Assembly (NCBI GenBank): GCA_963747235.1
Contig: CAVVEU010000033.1
Location: 32,001 to 96,000 of the forward strand
Length of the DNA stretch: 64,000 bases
Source of the DNA: an uncultured Candidatus Rokubacteria bacterium
GTDB lineage: Bacteria > Methylomirabilota > Methylomirabilia > Rokubacteriales > CSP1-6
Reading direction: 5' to 3'
Below the pieces are notes generated by a model. It saw only the letters and a program-made list of their open reading frames with translations, had not been told where the DNA came from and did not search any database. A program made the position numbers and the translations under genes. This document shows, in pieces, positions 11,146-20,291 of the stretch. Each line of letters begins with the position of its first letter. Position 1 is the stretch's first letter.

Positions 11146-12168
11146 ATGAACTTCGGGACCTTCCTGCTGATGCAGTCGCCGTCCGCCAAGTCCTCCAAGG
11201 AGATCTACGCGCGCGCGGTCGAGATGGCCCTGGCCGCGGAGCGCCTGAACTTCAACAACATCTGGCTCGCCGAGCACCACTTCTCGACCTACGGCTATCT
11301 CTCGCGTCCGGTCCAGCTCGCCACCTACCTGGCGGGGCGGACCACCCGCATCCGGGTGGGCACCGCGGTCATCGTGGTGCCGCTCCACCACCCGCTGGTG
11401 GTCGCGGAGGAGATCGCCACGCTCTCGCTTCTCGCCCCGGGGCGGCTCGACATCGGACTCGGCCGCGGCTACCAGCACTACGAGTTCGAGCGCTTCGGGC
11501 TCGAGCTCGAGAGCGGGCGCGCCCGGTGGGAGGAGTCGGTGGACGTCATTCTGAAGGCGCTCGCGGGCGGTCCGTTCAGCTACGAGGGCAAGCTCTACCG
11601 GATTCCCGAGACCACGATCTTCCCGCAGATGGAAGGGCCGCGGCCGCCCATCTGGATCACCGCCCAGAGCCCCGACTCCGTCGAGGGCGCGGTGCGCCGC
11701 GGCTTCAACGTGCTCACCGGCGGCTTCGGGGTGCCGGTCGAGCGCATGGCCGAGTTCCGCAAGCTCTTCGACCGGGTGGTGGCCGAGGTGAAGCCGCCGC
11801 AGCCGCTGCACGTCGGCGTGCAGCGCGCGGTCTACGTGACCACGAGCGACGCGGACGCCCGCGCCGCCGCCGAGGAGGCGCGCTGGAACATGCGCGTGAC
11901 GCTCAGCCTCCGCAATCACTACGAGCGCGTCGAGGACGGCCGCGCGATCCCGGTGCCCGCGCCGACGGAGCCGGACGTGGACGATCTCCTCGACCGCTAC
12001 CTGGTGATCGGCACGCCCGAGACCTGCATCCGCCAGATCGAGCGCCTGCGCCGCGACGTGGGCATCACCCACTTCAACTGCAGCTTCTGGTTCGGCGACC
12101 TCGACCAGGCGCGCGTGCTGCGCTCCATGGAGCTCTTCGCCCGCGAGGTCATGCCCGCCTTCGCGTAA
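11146..12168 (+). CDS. LLM-class (luciferase-like) flavin-dependent oxidoreductase
   Basis: WLAEHHF, GRLDIGLGRGY, SMELFAREVMP; GAGGAG RBS upstream. Confidence 0.9.
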   Translation: MNFGTFLLMQSPSAKSSKEIYARAVEMALAAERLNFNNIWLAEHHFSTYGYLSRPVQLATYLAGRTTRIRVGTAVIVVPLHHPLVVAEEIATLSLLAPGRLDIGLGRGYQHYEFERFGLELESGRARWEESVDVILKALAGGPFSYEGKLYRIPETTIFPQMEGPRPPIWITAQSPDSVEGAVRRGFNVLTGGFGVPVERMAEFRKLFDRVVAEVKPPQPLHVGVQRAVYVTTSDADARAAAEEARWNMRVTLSLRNHYERVEDGRAIPVPAPTEPDVDDLLDRYLVIGTPETCIRQIERLRRDVGITHFNCSFWFGDLDQARVLRSMELFAREVMPAFA

Positions 12169-12177
12169 TCCGGCGAG

Positions 12178-12262
12178 CCTCTCACCCCAGCCCTCTCCCC
12201 AGAGGGGAGAGGGAGCCGGCAGGAAAACCCTCTCCCCTCTGGGGAGAGGGCGGGGTGAGGGG
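12178..12262. repeat. Inverted dimer of the CCCTCACCC-CCCTCTCCCC-N3-GGGGAGAGGG palindromic repeat
   Basis: Two units, 12178-12213 and 12228-12262, each with a 10-bp stem. Same family at 19251, 21022 and 53279. Confidence 0.85.
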
Positions 12263-12300
12263 TCGAGTGGTGAGGGGGCCTGTGCTATTCTCCCCGGCGC

Positions 12301-13542
12301 ATGACAGACCGGGGCTCGCGCCACGAATGGCCGGGCGCGTCATTGACGCGCGTGCCGTACTGGGTCTACCAGGACGAGGCGAACTACCGCGCCGAGCTGC
12401 GACGCATCTTCGAGGGGCCGGTCTGGAGCTACCTCTGCCTCGCCTCCGACCTCCCCAAGGCGGGTGACTACCGCACCAGCTTCCTCGGCGAGATGCCGGT
12501 CATCGTGGTGCGGGGCGCGCAGGGCGAGGTCCACGCGTTCGAGAACCGCTGCGCGCACCGGGGCGCGCTGATCGCGCTGGACGACAGCGGGTCCACCGGC
12601 AGCCACTTCCAGTGCGTCTACCACGCGTGGACCTACGATCTGACCGGCAACCTGGTCGGCATCGCATTCGAGAAGGGCAGCAACGGCAAGGGCGGCATGC
12701 CCGCGTCCTTCTGCAAGGCGGACCACGGGCCGCGCCGTCTGCGCACCACCGTGCTCGCCGGCCTCGTCTTCGGGACGCTCTCGCCGGACACCCCGCCCAT
12801 CGAGGAGTACCTGGGCGCGGAGGTGCTGGGCCGGCTCCGGCGCGTGCTGCACAAGGAGGCGCGGGTGATGGGCCGCTTCACGCAGGCCCTGCCCAACAAC
12901 TGGAAGCTCTACGTGGAGAACGTGAAGGACACCTACCACGCGAGCCTGTTGCACACCTTCTTCGGGACGTTCCGCATCACCCGGCTCACCCAGGGCGGCG
13001 GGATCCTGGTGAGCCCGGACGGCGGCCACCACGCGAGCTACACCATCCAGCGCGCGGACGACGCCCACAGCACCGCCTATCGCGACCAGGGCATCCGCTC
13101 CGAGCACCAGAACTACCGCCTCGCCGATCCGAGCCTGCTCGACGCGGTCAACGAGTTCGGCGACGACATCCAGCTCCAGATCCTGACCGTCTTCCCGAAC
13201 TTCGTGCTCCAGCAGATCCACAACTCCCTCGCGGTGCGCCAGGTGCTGCCCAAGGGCCCGGGGGCGATGGAGCTGCACTGGACCTATCTCGGCTTCGCCG
13301 ACGATGACGCGGACATGCAACGCCGCCGCATGAAGCAGTCGAACCTGGTCGGCCCCGCGGGCTACGTCTCGATGGAGGACGGCTGCGTGGGCGGCTTCGT
13401 GCAGCGCGGGGTCGCGGCGGCGGGGGACGAGCTCTCGGTGGTCAACATGGGCGGCGAGGGCGCCGAGTCGCAGGAGACGCGCGCCACCGAGGCCTCGGTG
13501 CGCGGCTTCTGGAAGGCGTACCGGCGGTACATGGCGGACTAG
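12301..13542 (+). CDS. Rieske oxygenase alpha subunit, anthranilate/salicylate-5-hydroxylase/terephthalate group
   Basis: CAHRG...CVYHAW; [19 protein letters not shown]; [14 protein letters not shown]. Confidence 0.9.
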   Translation: MTDRGSRHEWPGASLTRVPYWVYQDEANYRAELRRIFEGPVWSYLCLASDLPKAGDYRTSFLGEMPVIVVRGAQGEVHAFENRCAHRGALIALDDSGSTGSHFQCVYHAWTYDLTGNLVGIAFEKGSNGKGGMPASFCKADHGPRRLRTTVLAGLVFGTLSPDTPPIEEYLGAEVLGRLRRVLHKEARVMGRFTQALPNNWKLYVENVKDTYHASLLHTFFGTFRITRLTQGGGILVSPDGGHHASYTIQRADDAHSTAYRDQGIRSEHQNYRLADPSLLDAVNEFGDDIQLQILTVFPNFVLQQIHNSLAVRQVLPKGPGAMELHWTYLGFADDDADMQRRRMKQSNLVGPAGYVSMEDGCVGGFVQRGVAAAGDELSVVNMGGEGAESQETRATEASVRGFWKAYRRYMAD

Positions 13543-13543
13543 G

Positions 13544-14005
13544 ATGCTGGCCGAGCGCGTCTCCCAGCTCAACGCGGAGTACGCGCGGGCCATCGACGAC
13601 GACCGGCTGGAGAGCTGGCCGGACTTCTTCACCGATCCCTGCGTCTACAAGATCACCTCGGCCGACAACTACCGGCGCGGGCTGCCCGCCGGGATCGTCT
13701 ACGCCGACTCCCGGGGCATGCTGAAGGACCGGGTCACCGCCCTGCGCGAGGCCAACATCTACGAGCGGCAGGCCTACCGGCACCTGGTCGGCCTCCCCGC
13801 CATCCGCGCGGGCGCGGGCGATCTCGTGCACGCGGAGACGCCGTTCCTGGTGGTGCGCGTGATGCGCGACGGCAGCATGGATCTCTTCGCCACCGGCCGC
13901 TACGTGGACACCATGGTGGACGAGGGCGGCGCCCTGCGCTTCCGCGAGCGCCTCGTGGTCTGCGACAGCAGCCGCGTGGACACGCTGCTCGCGATTCCCC
14001 TCTAG
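13544..14005 (+). CDS. Ring-hydroxylating oxygenase beta subunit (AndAd/NagH-like)
   Basis: [38 protein letters not shown]. Confidence 0.88.
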   Translation: MLAERVSQLNAEYARAIDDDRLESWPDFFTDPCVYKITSADNYRRGLPAGIVYADSRGMLKDRVTALREANIYERQAYRHLVGLPAIRAGAGDLVHAETPFLVVRVMRDGSMDLFATGRYVDTMVDEGGALRFRERLVVCDSSRVDTLLAIPL

Positions 14006-14029
14006 CCCTCGATCCCGGGAGAGACCCGC

Positions 14030-14896
14030 ATGCCCACGCCCCTCCGCGCCCTGATGCAGGGTCCGCTGCCCGTCACCGCGCCCCTCGTGCTGAACCCGCT
14101 CATGGCCCGCATGGTCGAGGCGGCCGGCTTTCCGGCCGGGTACCTGGGCGGCGGCGCCACCGGCTATCAGAAGGTGGCGCTCGAGGCCAATCTGAACCTC
14201 ACCGAGATGTGCCAGGCCGCGCTCGACATCGGCGCGGTCTCGCGGCTGCCGCTCATCCTGGACGGGGCGTGCGGCTACGGCGACCCGATGCACATGCACC
14301 GCACCATCGGCATGAGCGAGGCGGCCGGCTTCGCGGCCATCGAGATCGAGGACCAGCTCGTGCCGAAGCGCGCGCACCACCACATCGGGATCGAGCACAT
14401 GATCCCGGTGGAGCTGATGGCGGCCAAGGTGGCGACCGCGGTGGCGGCGCGGCGCAACCCGGACTTCCTCATCATCGGGCGCACCAACGCGGTGCGCGCC
14501 AGCACGATGGACGACGCGCTCCGCCGCGGGGAGGCCTATCGCAAGGCGGGCGCCGACGTGCTGCTGCTCTCGATGGCGCACACGCCCGAGCAGCTTCGCC
14601 TCATCGGCGAGCGGCTCGGCGGCCCGCTCATGTACCTGGCGGGGCGCGGCGGCCTCGCCGGCTCCGGCATGACGCTCGCGGATCTCGGCGCGCTCGGCTT
14701 CCGCATCGTGGCGGATCCGTCCACGCCGCTGCTCGCCGCGTTCGCGGCGTGGAAGAAGGTCTACGCGGATCTGGCTTCGGGCTTCGGCGCGGGCCAGGCG
14801 AAGGCCGACTGGGGCCCGCTCGAGCACGAGATGCTGGGCGTGATCGAGCTGGAGAAACTGCTCGCGGTGGAGCGCCGGACCGTCGAGAAGGGGTAA
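14030..14896 (+). CDS. Isocitrate lyase/PEP mutase superfamily lyase
   Basis: [39 protein letters not shown]. Confidence 0.85.
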   Translation: MPTPLRALMQGPLPVTAPLVLNPLMARMVEAAGFPAGYLGGGATGYQKVALEANLNLTEMCQAALDIGAVSRLPLILDGACGYGDPMHMHRTIGMSEAAGFAAIEIEDQLVPKRAHHHIGIEHMIPVELMAAKVATAVAARRNPDFLIIGRTNAVRASTMDDALRRGEAYRKAGADVLLLSMAHTPEQLRLIGERLGGPLMYLAGRGGLAGSGMTLADLGALGFRIVADPSTPLLAAFAAWKKVYADLASGFGAGQAKADWGPLEHEMLGVIELEKLLAVERRTVEKG

Positions 14897-14912
14897 AGAA
14901 ATACAGCTTTTT

Positions 14913-15319
14913 AATCAGATAGTTGCGGAGATATAGGTGGAGCTATACACAGACCTATCCACAACTGTGGATAGCTGCGCGCCCACCTTGGGGTGCGATT
15001 TACCCCTTGGCCAGCTTCTCGACTTGTCGCCGCGAGAGGCTGGCCAGCCGCGAGAGCAGCGCGTTGACCTTTCGTTCCGACACCTGGTCCACGAGGATCA
15101 GCTTCTTCGACTTCGTGCGGGTCGCGAGGTACGCGACCCAGTCATCCAGATCCGGCGTGCCGCGCCACGCGATGGTGAGGCCGCTCAGCCGGAGCTTCCG
15201 ACGCCCTTCCACCTTCGCCAACGGTTTGCGACTCGCCTGCATGGAAGTGGAGCCTAGTGAAGTCGGTAGTGATGTGTCAAGCCGATGACAAAGAAAGTTT
15301 TGTGAATAGCTGTGGATAA
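14913..15319. promoter_or_regulatory. IHF-consensus site plus five DnaA-box-like 9-mers
   Basis: AATCAGATAGTTG (14913-14925) matches WATCARNNNNTTR. Boxes: CTATACACA 14943, CTATCCACA 14955, TGTGGATAG 14966, TGTGAATAG 15301, and a perfect TGTGGATAA at 15311. Confidence 0.6.
15000..15242 (-). CDS. Small basic hypothetical protein (80 aa)
   Basis: Lys/Arg-rich ORF with GC-rich third positions filling the gap between the two box clusters; no recognised domain. Confidence 0.6.
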   Translation of the reverse strand: MQASRKPLAKVEGRRKLRLSGLTIAWRGTPDLDDWVAYLATRTKSKKLILVDQVSERKVNALLSRLASLSRRQVEKLAKG

Positions 15320-15354
15320 ACCTCTATCATCCTGACTTCAAGGAGGAGACCGCG

Positions 15355-16104
15355 ATGCGACTCAAGGGCAAAGTGGCCATCGTCACCGGCGCGGCGCACG
15401 GAATGGGCGAGAGCGAAGCGATGATCTTCGCGCGCGAGGGCGCGAGCGTGATCGTCGCCGACGTGGACGCGGACGGGCAAAAGGTCGCGGCGAACATCAC
15501 CGGCGCGGGCGGGAAGGCGCAGTTCGTGAAGCTCGACGTCGCGAGCGAGGCGGACTGGGAAGCCGCCATCAAGACCACCGTCGCCGCGTACGGGCGGCTC
15601 GACATCCTCGTCAACAACGCGGGGATCAGCGGCACCCACGATCCCGACTACGAGAGCACCGCGGCGTGGGACCGGCTGATGGACATCAACGCCAAGAGCG
15701 TCTTCCTCGGCATGAAGCACGCGGTGCCGGTCATGCGGAAGGGCGGCGGCGGGTCCATCGTGAACATCTCGTCCATCTCCGGCTTCGTGGGGCAGGACAA
15801 GATCCACATGGGCTACAACGCCTCCAAGGGCGCGGTGCGGATCATGACCAAGTCCGGCGCGGTGCAGTACGGCAAGGACGGGATCCGCGTGAACTCGGTG
15901 CACCCCGGCTTCCTGCCCCCGATGCGGACCTCGAAGGGCTCGGCCGATCCGGCCTGGCGGAAGCCGCTGCTCGACTCGGTGCCCCTCCGCCGCGAAGGCC
16001 GGATCGAGGAAGTGGCCCACGCGGTCCTGTTCCTGGCCTCCGACGAGGCCTCGTACATCTCCGGGACCGAGCTGGTGGTGGACGGAGGCTTTCTCGCGGT
16101 CTGA
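15355..16104 (+). CDS. SDR family oxidoreductase
   Basis: TGAAHGMG, NNAG, YNASK; AAGGAGG RBS. Confidence 0.93.
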   Translation: MRLKGKVAIVTGAAHGMGESEAMIFAREGASVIVADVDADGQKVAANITGAGGKAQFVKLDVASEADWEAAIKTTVAAYGRLDILVNNAGISGTHDPDYESTAAWDRLMDINAKSVFLGMKHAVPVMRKGGGGSIVNISSISGFVGQDKIHMGYNASKGAVRIMTKSGAVQYGKDGIRVNSVHPGFLPPMRTSKGSADPAWRKPLLDSVPLRREGRIEEVAHAVLFLASDEASYISGTELVVDGGFLAV

Positions 16105-18479
16105 TGGCCACCCGGCGGATCCAGGGCTTCTGCGCGCTCTGCCGCTCGCGCTGCGGCTGCGTCTCGGTCGTGGAAGACGGGCGGCTGGTCGCGGTCGAGC
16201 CTGATCCTTCGCATCCCACCGGCGCCAGCCTCTGCGTGAAAGGCCGCGCCGCCCCGGAGCTGGTCTACGCGGAGGACCGGCTGCTCTACCCGATGCGCCG
16301 CACGCGGCCGAAGTCCGACCCGGACGCGGGCTGGGAGCGCATCAGCTGGGACGACGCGCTCGACTGGACGGCCGCGAGAATGCGCGAGGTCGCGCGGCGG
16401 CACGGGCCCGAGGGCGTGGCCTTCGGCTGCACGACCCCGGCGGGCACCGCGGTCTCCGACGGCTTCCTCTGGATCCTCCGTCTCATCCGCGCCTTCGGGA
16501 GCCCGAACCTGGTCTGGGGCGAGGAGCTGTGCGCCTGGCACCGGGACTTCGTCACCCCGTTCACGTTCGGCGTGGACATCGGCACGCCCGACTTCGAGCG
16601 CACCGGCTGTCTCCTGCTCTGGGGGCACAACCCGTCGGCCACGTACCTGGCGCAGGCCACCGCCGTCCAAGATGCGACTACGCGCGGAGCGGCCCTGGTC
16701 GTAGTGGACCCGCGCCGCGCGGGGGCGGCGGCCCGGGCGGATCAGTGGCTCCGCGTGCGCCCCGGCACCGACGGCGCGCTCGCGCTGGGGCTGGCCTCCG
16801 TCATGATCGCGGAGGGCTGGTACGATCGCGACTTCATCCGCGACTGGTCCAACGGCGCGTTCCTGGTGCGCGCCGACACCGGCCGCCTCCTCACCGCCGC
16901 CGATCTCTCCGCGGTGGGCAGCCCGGCGCACTACGTCGCGTGGGATCGCGCCGCGGCCCGGCCGGTCGCGTACGATCCGGCCACCGCCGACTTCATCGAG
17001 CCGATCGGCGATCCGCAGCTCGACGGGACCGTGCGGTGCATGACGCGCTCCGGCCCCGTCACGTGCGTGCCCGCGTTCGAGACCTACGCCACGCTCTGCC
17101 GCGAGTACCCGCCCGAGCGCGTGGAGGGCATCACCGGCGTCCCGGCCGCCCAGATCGTCGCGACCGCGCGGCTCCTGTGGGAGCGCCGCCCGGTCTCCTA
17201 CTTCCACTGGACCGGGCTCGAGCAGCACACCAACGCGAGCCAGACCGTGCGCGCGCTCTCGCTCCTCTACGCGCTCACCGGCTGCTTCGACGCGCCCGGC
17301 GGCAACGTGCGGCCGAGCCGCCCCGCGGTCAACGACCTGGCTCCGCTCGCGCTGCTCCCGGAGCGGCAGCGCGCGAAGGCGCTCGGCCTGGCCGGGCGGC
17401 CGCTCGGCCCCGCGCGCCAGGGCTGGCCCACCGCGGCCGATGCCTATCGCGCCATGCTCCACGGCGCGCCCTACCCGGTGCGCGGCATGGTCGGCTTCGG
17501 CACCAACCTGCTGCTCTCCGCGCCCGGCGCGGCCACCGCGCGCGCGGCGCTCACGAGCCTCGACTTCCTGGTCTACGCCGATCTCTTCCTGACGCCCACC
17601 GCCGCGCTGGCGGACATCGTCCTGCCGGTGTCCACCGCGTGGGAGCGCGAGGGCCTGCGCGTGGGCTTCGGGCCGACGCAGGACGGCGAGCAGCACGTGC
17701 AGCTCCGGCCCGCGGTGGTGGAGCCGCGGGGCGAGGCGCGCTCGGACATCTGGATCGTCTGCGAGCTGGCCCGGCGCCTGGGCCTGGGCGAGCGGTTCTG
17801 GGGCGGCGACGAGGACGCGGGCCACCGCTTCATGCTCGAGCCGACCGGTGTCACCGTCGAGCAGCTCCGCGCCAGTCCGGGCGGCGTGCGCACCGCGGTC
17901 GAGCCGCGCTTCAAGCGCTACGCGGCCCGCGGCGCCAATGGCCCGGTCGGCTTCGCCACGCCGAGCCGGCGGGTGGAGATCTTCTCCGCGCAGCTCCAGC
18001 AGCACGGCCAGTCGCCGCTGCCCGAGTTCGTCGAGCCCGCGGCGAGCCCGGTCAGCCGCCCCGACCTCGCCGAGCGTTTCCCGCTCCAGCTCACCACCGC
18101 CAAGGTCGTGCAGTTCTGCCACAGCCAGCACCGGAGCCTGGCGCGCCTGCGGCGGCACAGCCCCGACCCGCAGGTCGAGCTGCATCCGGACGCGGCCGAG
18201 GCCCGCGGCATCGCGAGCGACGACTGGGTGCTGATCGAGACGCCGCGCGCCACCATGCGGGCGCGGGCGCACCTCAATCCGAGCCTCGCCCCCGACGTGG
18301 TCTGCGCCCAGTTCGGCTGGTGGCAGGCGTGCGAGCCGCTCCAGCTCGGCGGCTACCCGGCGGAGGGCGCGACCAGCGCCAACTACAACAACCTGATCGA
18401 TCCCGACGCCGCCGATCCGATCAGCGGGACGGTCGCGCTGCGGTCCTATGTCTGCCAGGTCCGCCGAGGAGAGCCGTGA
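16104..18479 (+). CDS. Molybdopterin oxidoreductase, acetylene-hydratase-like subfamily
   Basis: CALCRSRC...C [4Fe-4S] motif, WERISWDDALD, GSPN...LC (predicted Cys metal ligand), ADIVLP, HSQHRSLARLRR...PDP. No Tat signal. Confidence 0.85.
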   Translation: MATRRIQGFCALCRSRCGCVSVVEDGRLVAVEPDPSHPTGASLCVKGRAAPELVYAEDRLLYPMRRTRPKSDPDAGWERISWDDALDWTAARMREVARRHGPEGVAFGCTTPAGTAVSDGFLWILRLIRAFGSPNLVWGEELCAWHRDFVTPFTFGVDIGTPDFERTGCLLLWGHNPSATYLAQATAVQDATTRGAALVVVDPRRAGAAARADQWLRVRPGTDGALALGLASVMIAEGWYDRDFIRDWSNGAFLVRADTGRLLTAADLSAVGSPAHYVAWDRAAARPVAYDPATADFIEPIGDPQLDGTVRCMTRSGPVTCVPAFETYATLCREYPPERVEGITGVPAAQIVATARLLWERRPVSYFHWTGLEQHTNASQTVRALSLLYALTGCFDAPGGNVRPSRPAVNDLAPLALLPERQRAKALGLAGRPLGPARQGWPTAADAYRAMLHGAPYPVRGMVGFGTNLLLSAPGAATARAALTSLDFLVYADLFLTPTAALADIVLPVSTAWEREGLRVGFGPTQDGEQHVQLRPAVVEPRGEARSDIWIVCELARRLGLGERFWGGDEDAGHRFMLEPTGVTVEQLRASPGGVRTAVEPRFKRYAARGANGPVGFATPSRRVEIFSAQLQQHGQSPLPEFVEPAASPVSRPDLAERFPLQLTTAKVVQFCHSQHRSLARLRRHSPDPQVELHPDAAEARGIASDDWVLIETPRATMRARAHLNPSLAPDVVCAQFGWWQACEPLQLGGYPAEGATSANYNNLIDPDAADPISGTVALRSYVCQVRRGEP

Positions 18480-19243
18480 GCACCCTCGAGCAAGCCATCG
18501 ACGCGTTCTGGACCGCGGCCCGCACCCGGACCGCCCCGCCCGCCGAGTGGATGAACCGCCTGAGCCGCGAGGAGGCCTATCGCGTGCAGCTCGGACTGCT
18601 CGCGCGCCACGTGGCGGCGGGCGAGCGGCAGGCCGGCTGGAAGGTCGGCCTCACCTCGAAGGCGATGCAGATCCAGCAGAAGGTGCACGAGCCGGTGCTG
18701 GGCTTCCTCCTGGCGAGCGGCGAGCGGCCGAGCGGCACGCGCTTTCAGTTCGCGGAGCTGATCAATCCCGGCTTCGAGAACGAGCTCTGCCTGACGGTGG
18801 GGCGCACGCTGCGCGGACCCGGCGTCACCAATGATCAGGCGCAGGCCGCGCTGACCGCGATGGCGCCCGCCTTCGAGATCATCGAGAAGCGCGGCGACTT
18901 CGCGGCCGATCTGAACGTGAGCCTGGCCGACAACGCGCAGCAGCGCGCCTACGTGACCGGCGCGGCGGTGCCGGTGCCCGCGGGCTTCGACCTGGCCACG
19001 GTGGCGCTGGAGCTCTCGGTGAACGGCGGCGCCCCCGACCGGGCCACCGGCGCGGAGGTGCTGGGCACGCCCGCGGCCTCGATCGCGTGGCTCGCCAACA
19101 AGCTCGCCGAATTCGGCCTGGCGCTCGAGGCCGGCATGAAGGTGATGTCGGGCTCGTTCACCCGCCAGTACGCCATCACCCGCGGCGACCACATCGCCGC
19201 CACCTTCACGCCCGTCGGCCCCGTCCGCGCCGACTTCGTCTAG
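18476..19243 (+). CDS. Fumarylacetoacetate hydrolase family, 2-keto-4-pentenoate hydratase-like
   Basis: GWKVGLTS, FENEL, PAFEII, ADN, WLANKL, SGSFT; GTGA overlap with the upstream gene. Confidence 0.88.
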   Translation: MSTLEQAIDAFWTAARTRTAPPAEWMNRLSREEAYRVQLGLLARHVAAGERQAGWKVGLTSKAMQIQQKVHEPVLGFLLASGERPSGTRFQFAELINPGFENELCLTVGRTLRGPGVTNDQAQAALTAMAPAFEIIEKRGDFAADLNVSLADNAQQRAYVTGAAVPVPAGFDLATVALELSVNGGAPDRATGAEVLGTPAASIAWLANKLAEFGLALEAGMKVMSGSFTRQYAITRGDHIAATFTPVGPVRADFV

Positions 19244-19250
19244 CCCTCGC

Positions 19251-19290
19251 CCCTCTCCCCCGCCGAGGGGGAGAGGGCAGGGTGAGGGGG
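19251..19290. repeat. Single CCCTCTCCCC/GGGGAGAGGG palindromic repeat unit between convergent genes
   Basis: ccctctccccc-gccga-gggggagaggg followed by cagggtgagggg. Confidence 0.8.
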
Positions 19291-19293
19291 CGA

Positions 19294-20256
19294 TCAGGCG
19301 ACCAGGACAACCTTGCCGTGGTGGCCGGCTTCCATCACCACCTCGTGGCTCCGCGCGGCCTGCGCCAGCGGGAGCTCCTGGGCGATGACCGGCCGGAGCG
19401 AGCCGTTGCGTAGCCCCTCGACGAGCTGGGCGTGGATGCCCGCGAGCTGGGCCGGCGTGGCGTGGTTGAGCGCCATGCCGAGGATGGCCGCGTCCTTGTT
19501 CATGGCGATGCGCGCGTTGATCTCGGTGTTGCCGCGGTTGCCGATGACCACGATGCGGCCCCGCAGCGCGATGGCGCCCAGATCCTTCTGGAGATTCACG
19601 TTCGCCAGCATCTCCATGATGATGTCGGGCCCGCGCCCGCCCGTCAGCTTGACGCACTCCTCGAGATAGCCCGCCGCGCTGTGGTCGAGCACGTGGTGCG
19701 CGCCCTGCTCCGCGACCAGGCGCCGCCCCTTCTCGGTGCTCGCGGTGCCGATGACGGTGAGGCCGCGCGCCCGCGCGAGCTGGACCGCGCCGATGCCGAC
19801 GCCGCCGCTGGCCCCGTGGACCAGCACCGTCTCGCCCGCCTCGCCGTGGGCGCGGTTGAAGAGCGCGTGATACGCGGTCGCGTAGGGCACGTTCATGGCC
19901 GCGCCCTGCGCGAAGCTGGCGCCGGCGGCCAGCGGGTGCACCTGCCCCTGCTCGCACACCGCGTACTCGGCGTAGGCGCCCGTGGCGGTGCCACCCACGT
20001 AGACGCGGTCGCCCTTCTTCACCGCGGTGACTCCGGAGCCCACCGCTTCGATGACGCCGGCCGCATCCCCGCCCGGGGTGTAGGGCAGCTTGGGCCCGCG
20101 GTTGTCGGTATTGCTGCGCAGGTAGGTGTCCACCGGATTGATGCCGACGGCGTGGTTGCGAACCAGCACCTGGCTGGGCCCCGGCTGGGGCGTGGGAATC
20201 TCCTCGAGCTTCAGGACCGCCGGACCACCGTACTCGGAGACGCGGATCGCTTTCAT
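19294..20256 (-). CDS. NADPH:quinone reductase (zeta-crystallin/MDR family)
   Basis: GINPVDTY, HGASGGVG, HHGKVVL. Confidence 0.9.
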   Translation of the reverse strand: MKAIRVSEYGGPAVLKLEEIPTPQPGPSQVLVRNHAVGINPVDTYLRSNTDNRGPKLPYTPGGDAAGVIEAVGSGVTAVKKGDRVYVGGTATGAYAEYAVCEQGQVHPLAAGASFAQGAAMNVPYATAYHALFNRAHGEAGETVLVHGASGGVGIGAVQLARARGLTVIGTASTEKGRRLVAEQGAHHVLDHSAAGYLEECVKLTGGRGPDIIMEMLANVNLQKDLGAIALRGRIVVIGNRGNTEINARIAMNKDAAILGMALNHATPAQLAGIHAQLVEGLRNGSLRPVIAQELPLAQAARSHEVVMEAGHHGKVVLVA

Positions 20257-20291
20257 GGGATGGGCTCCTTTCGGCCCCAGAGTCTACCTCA

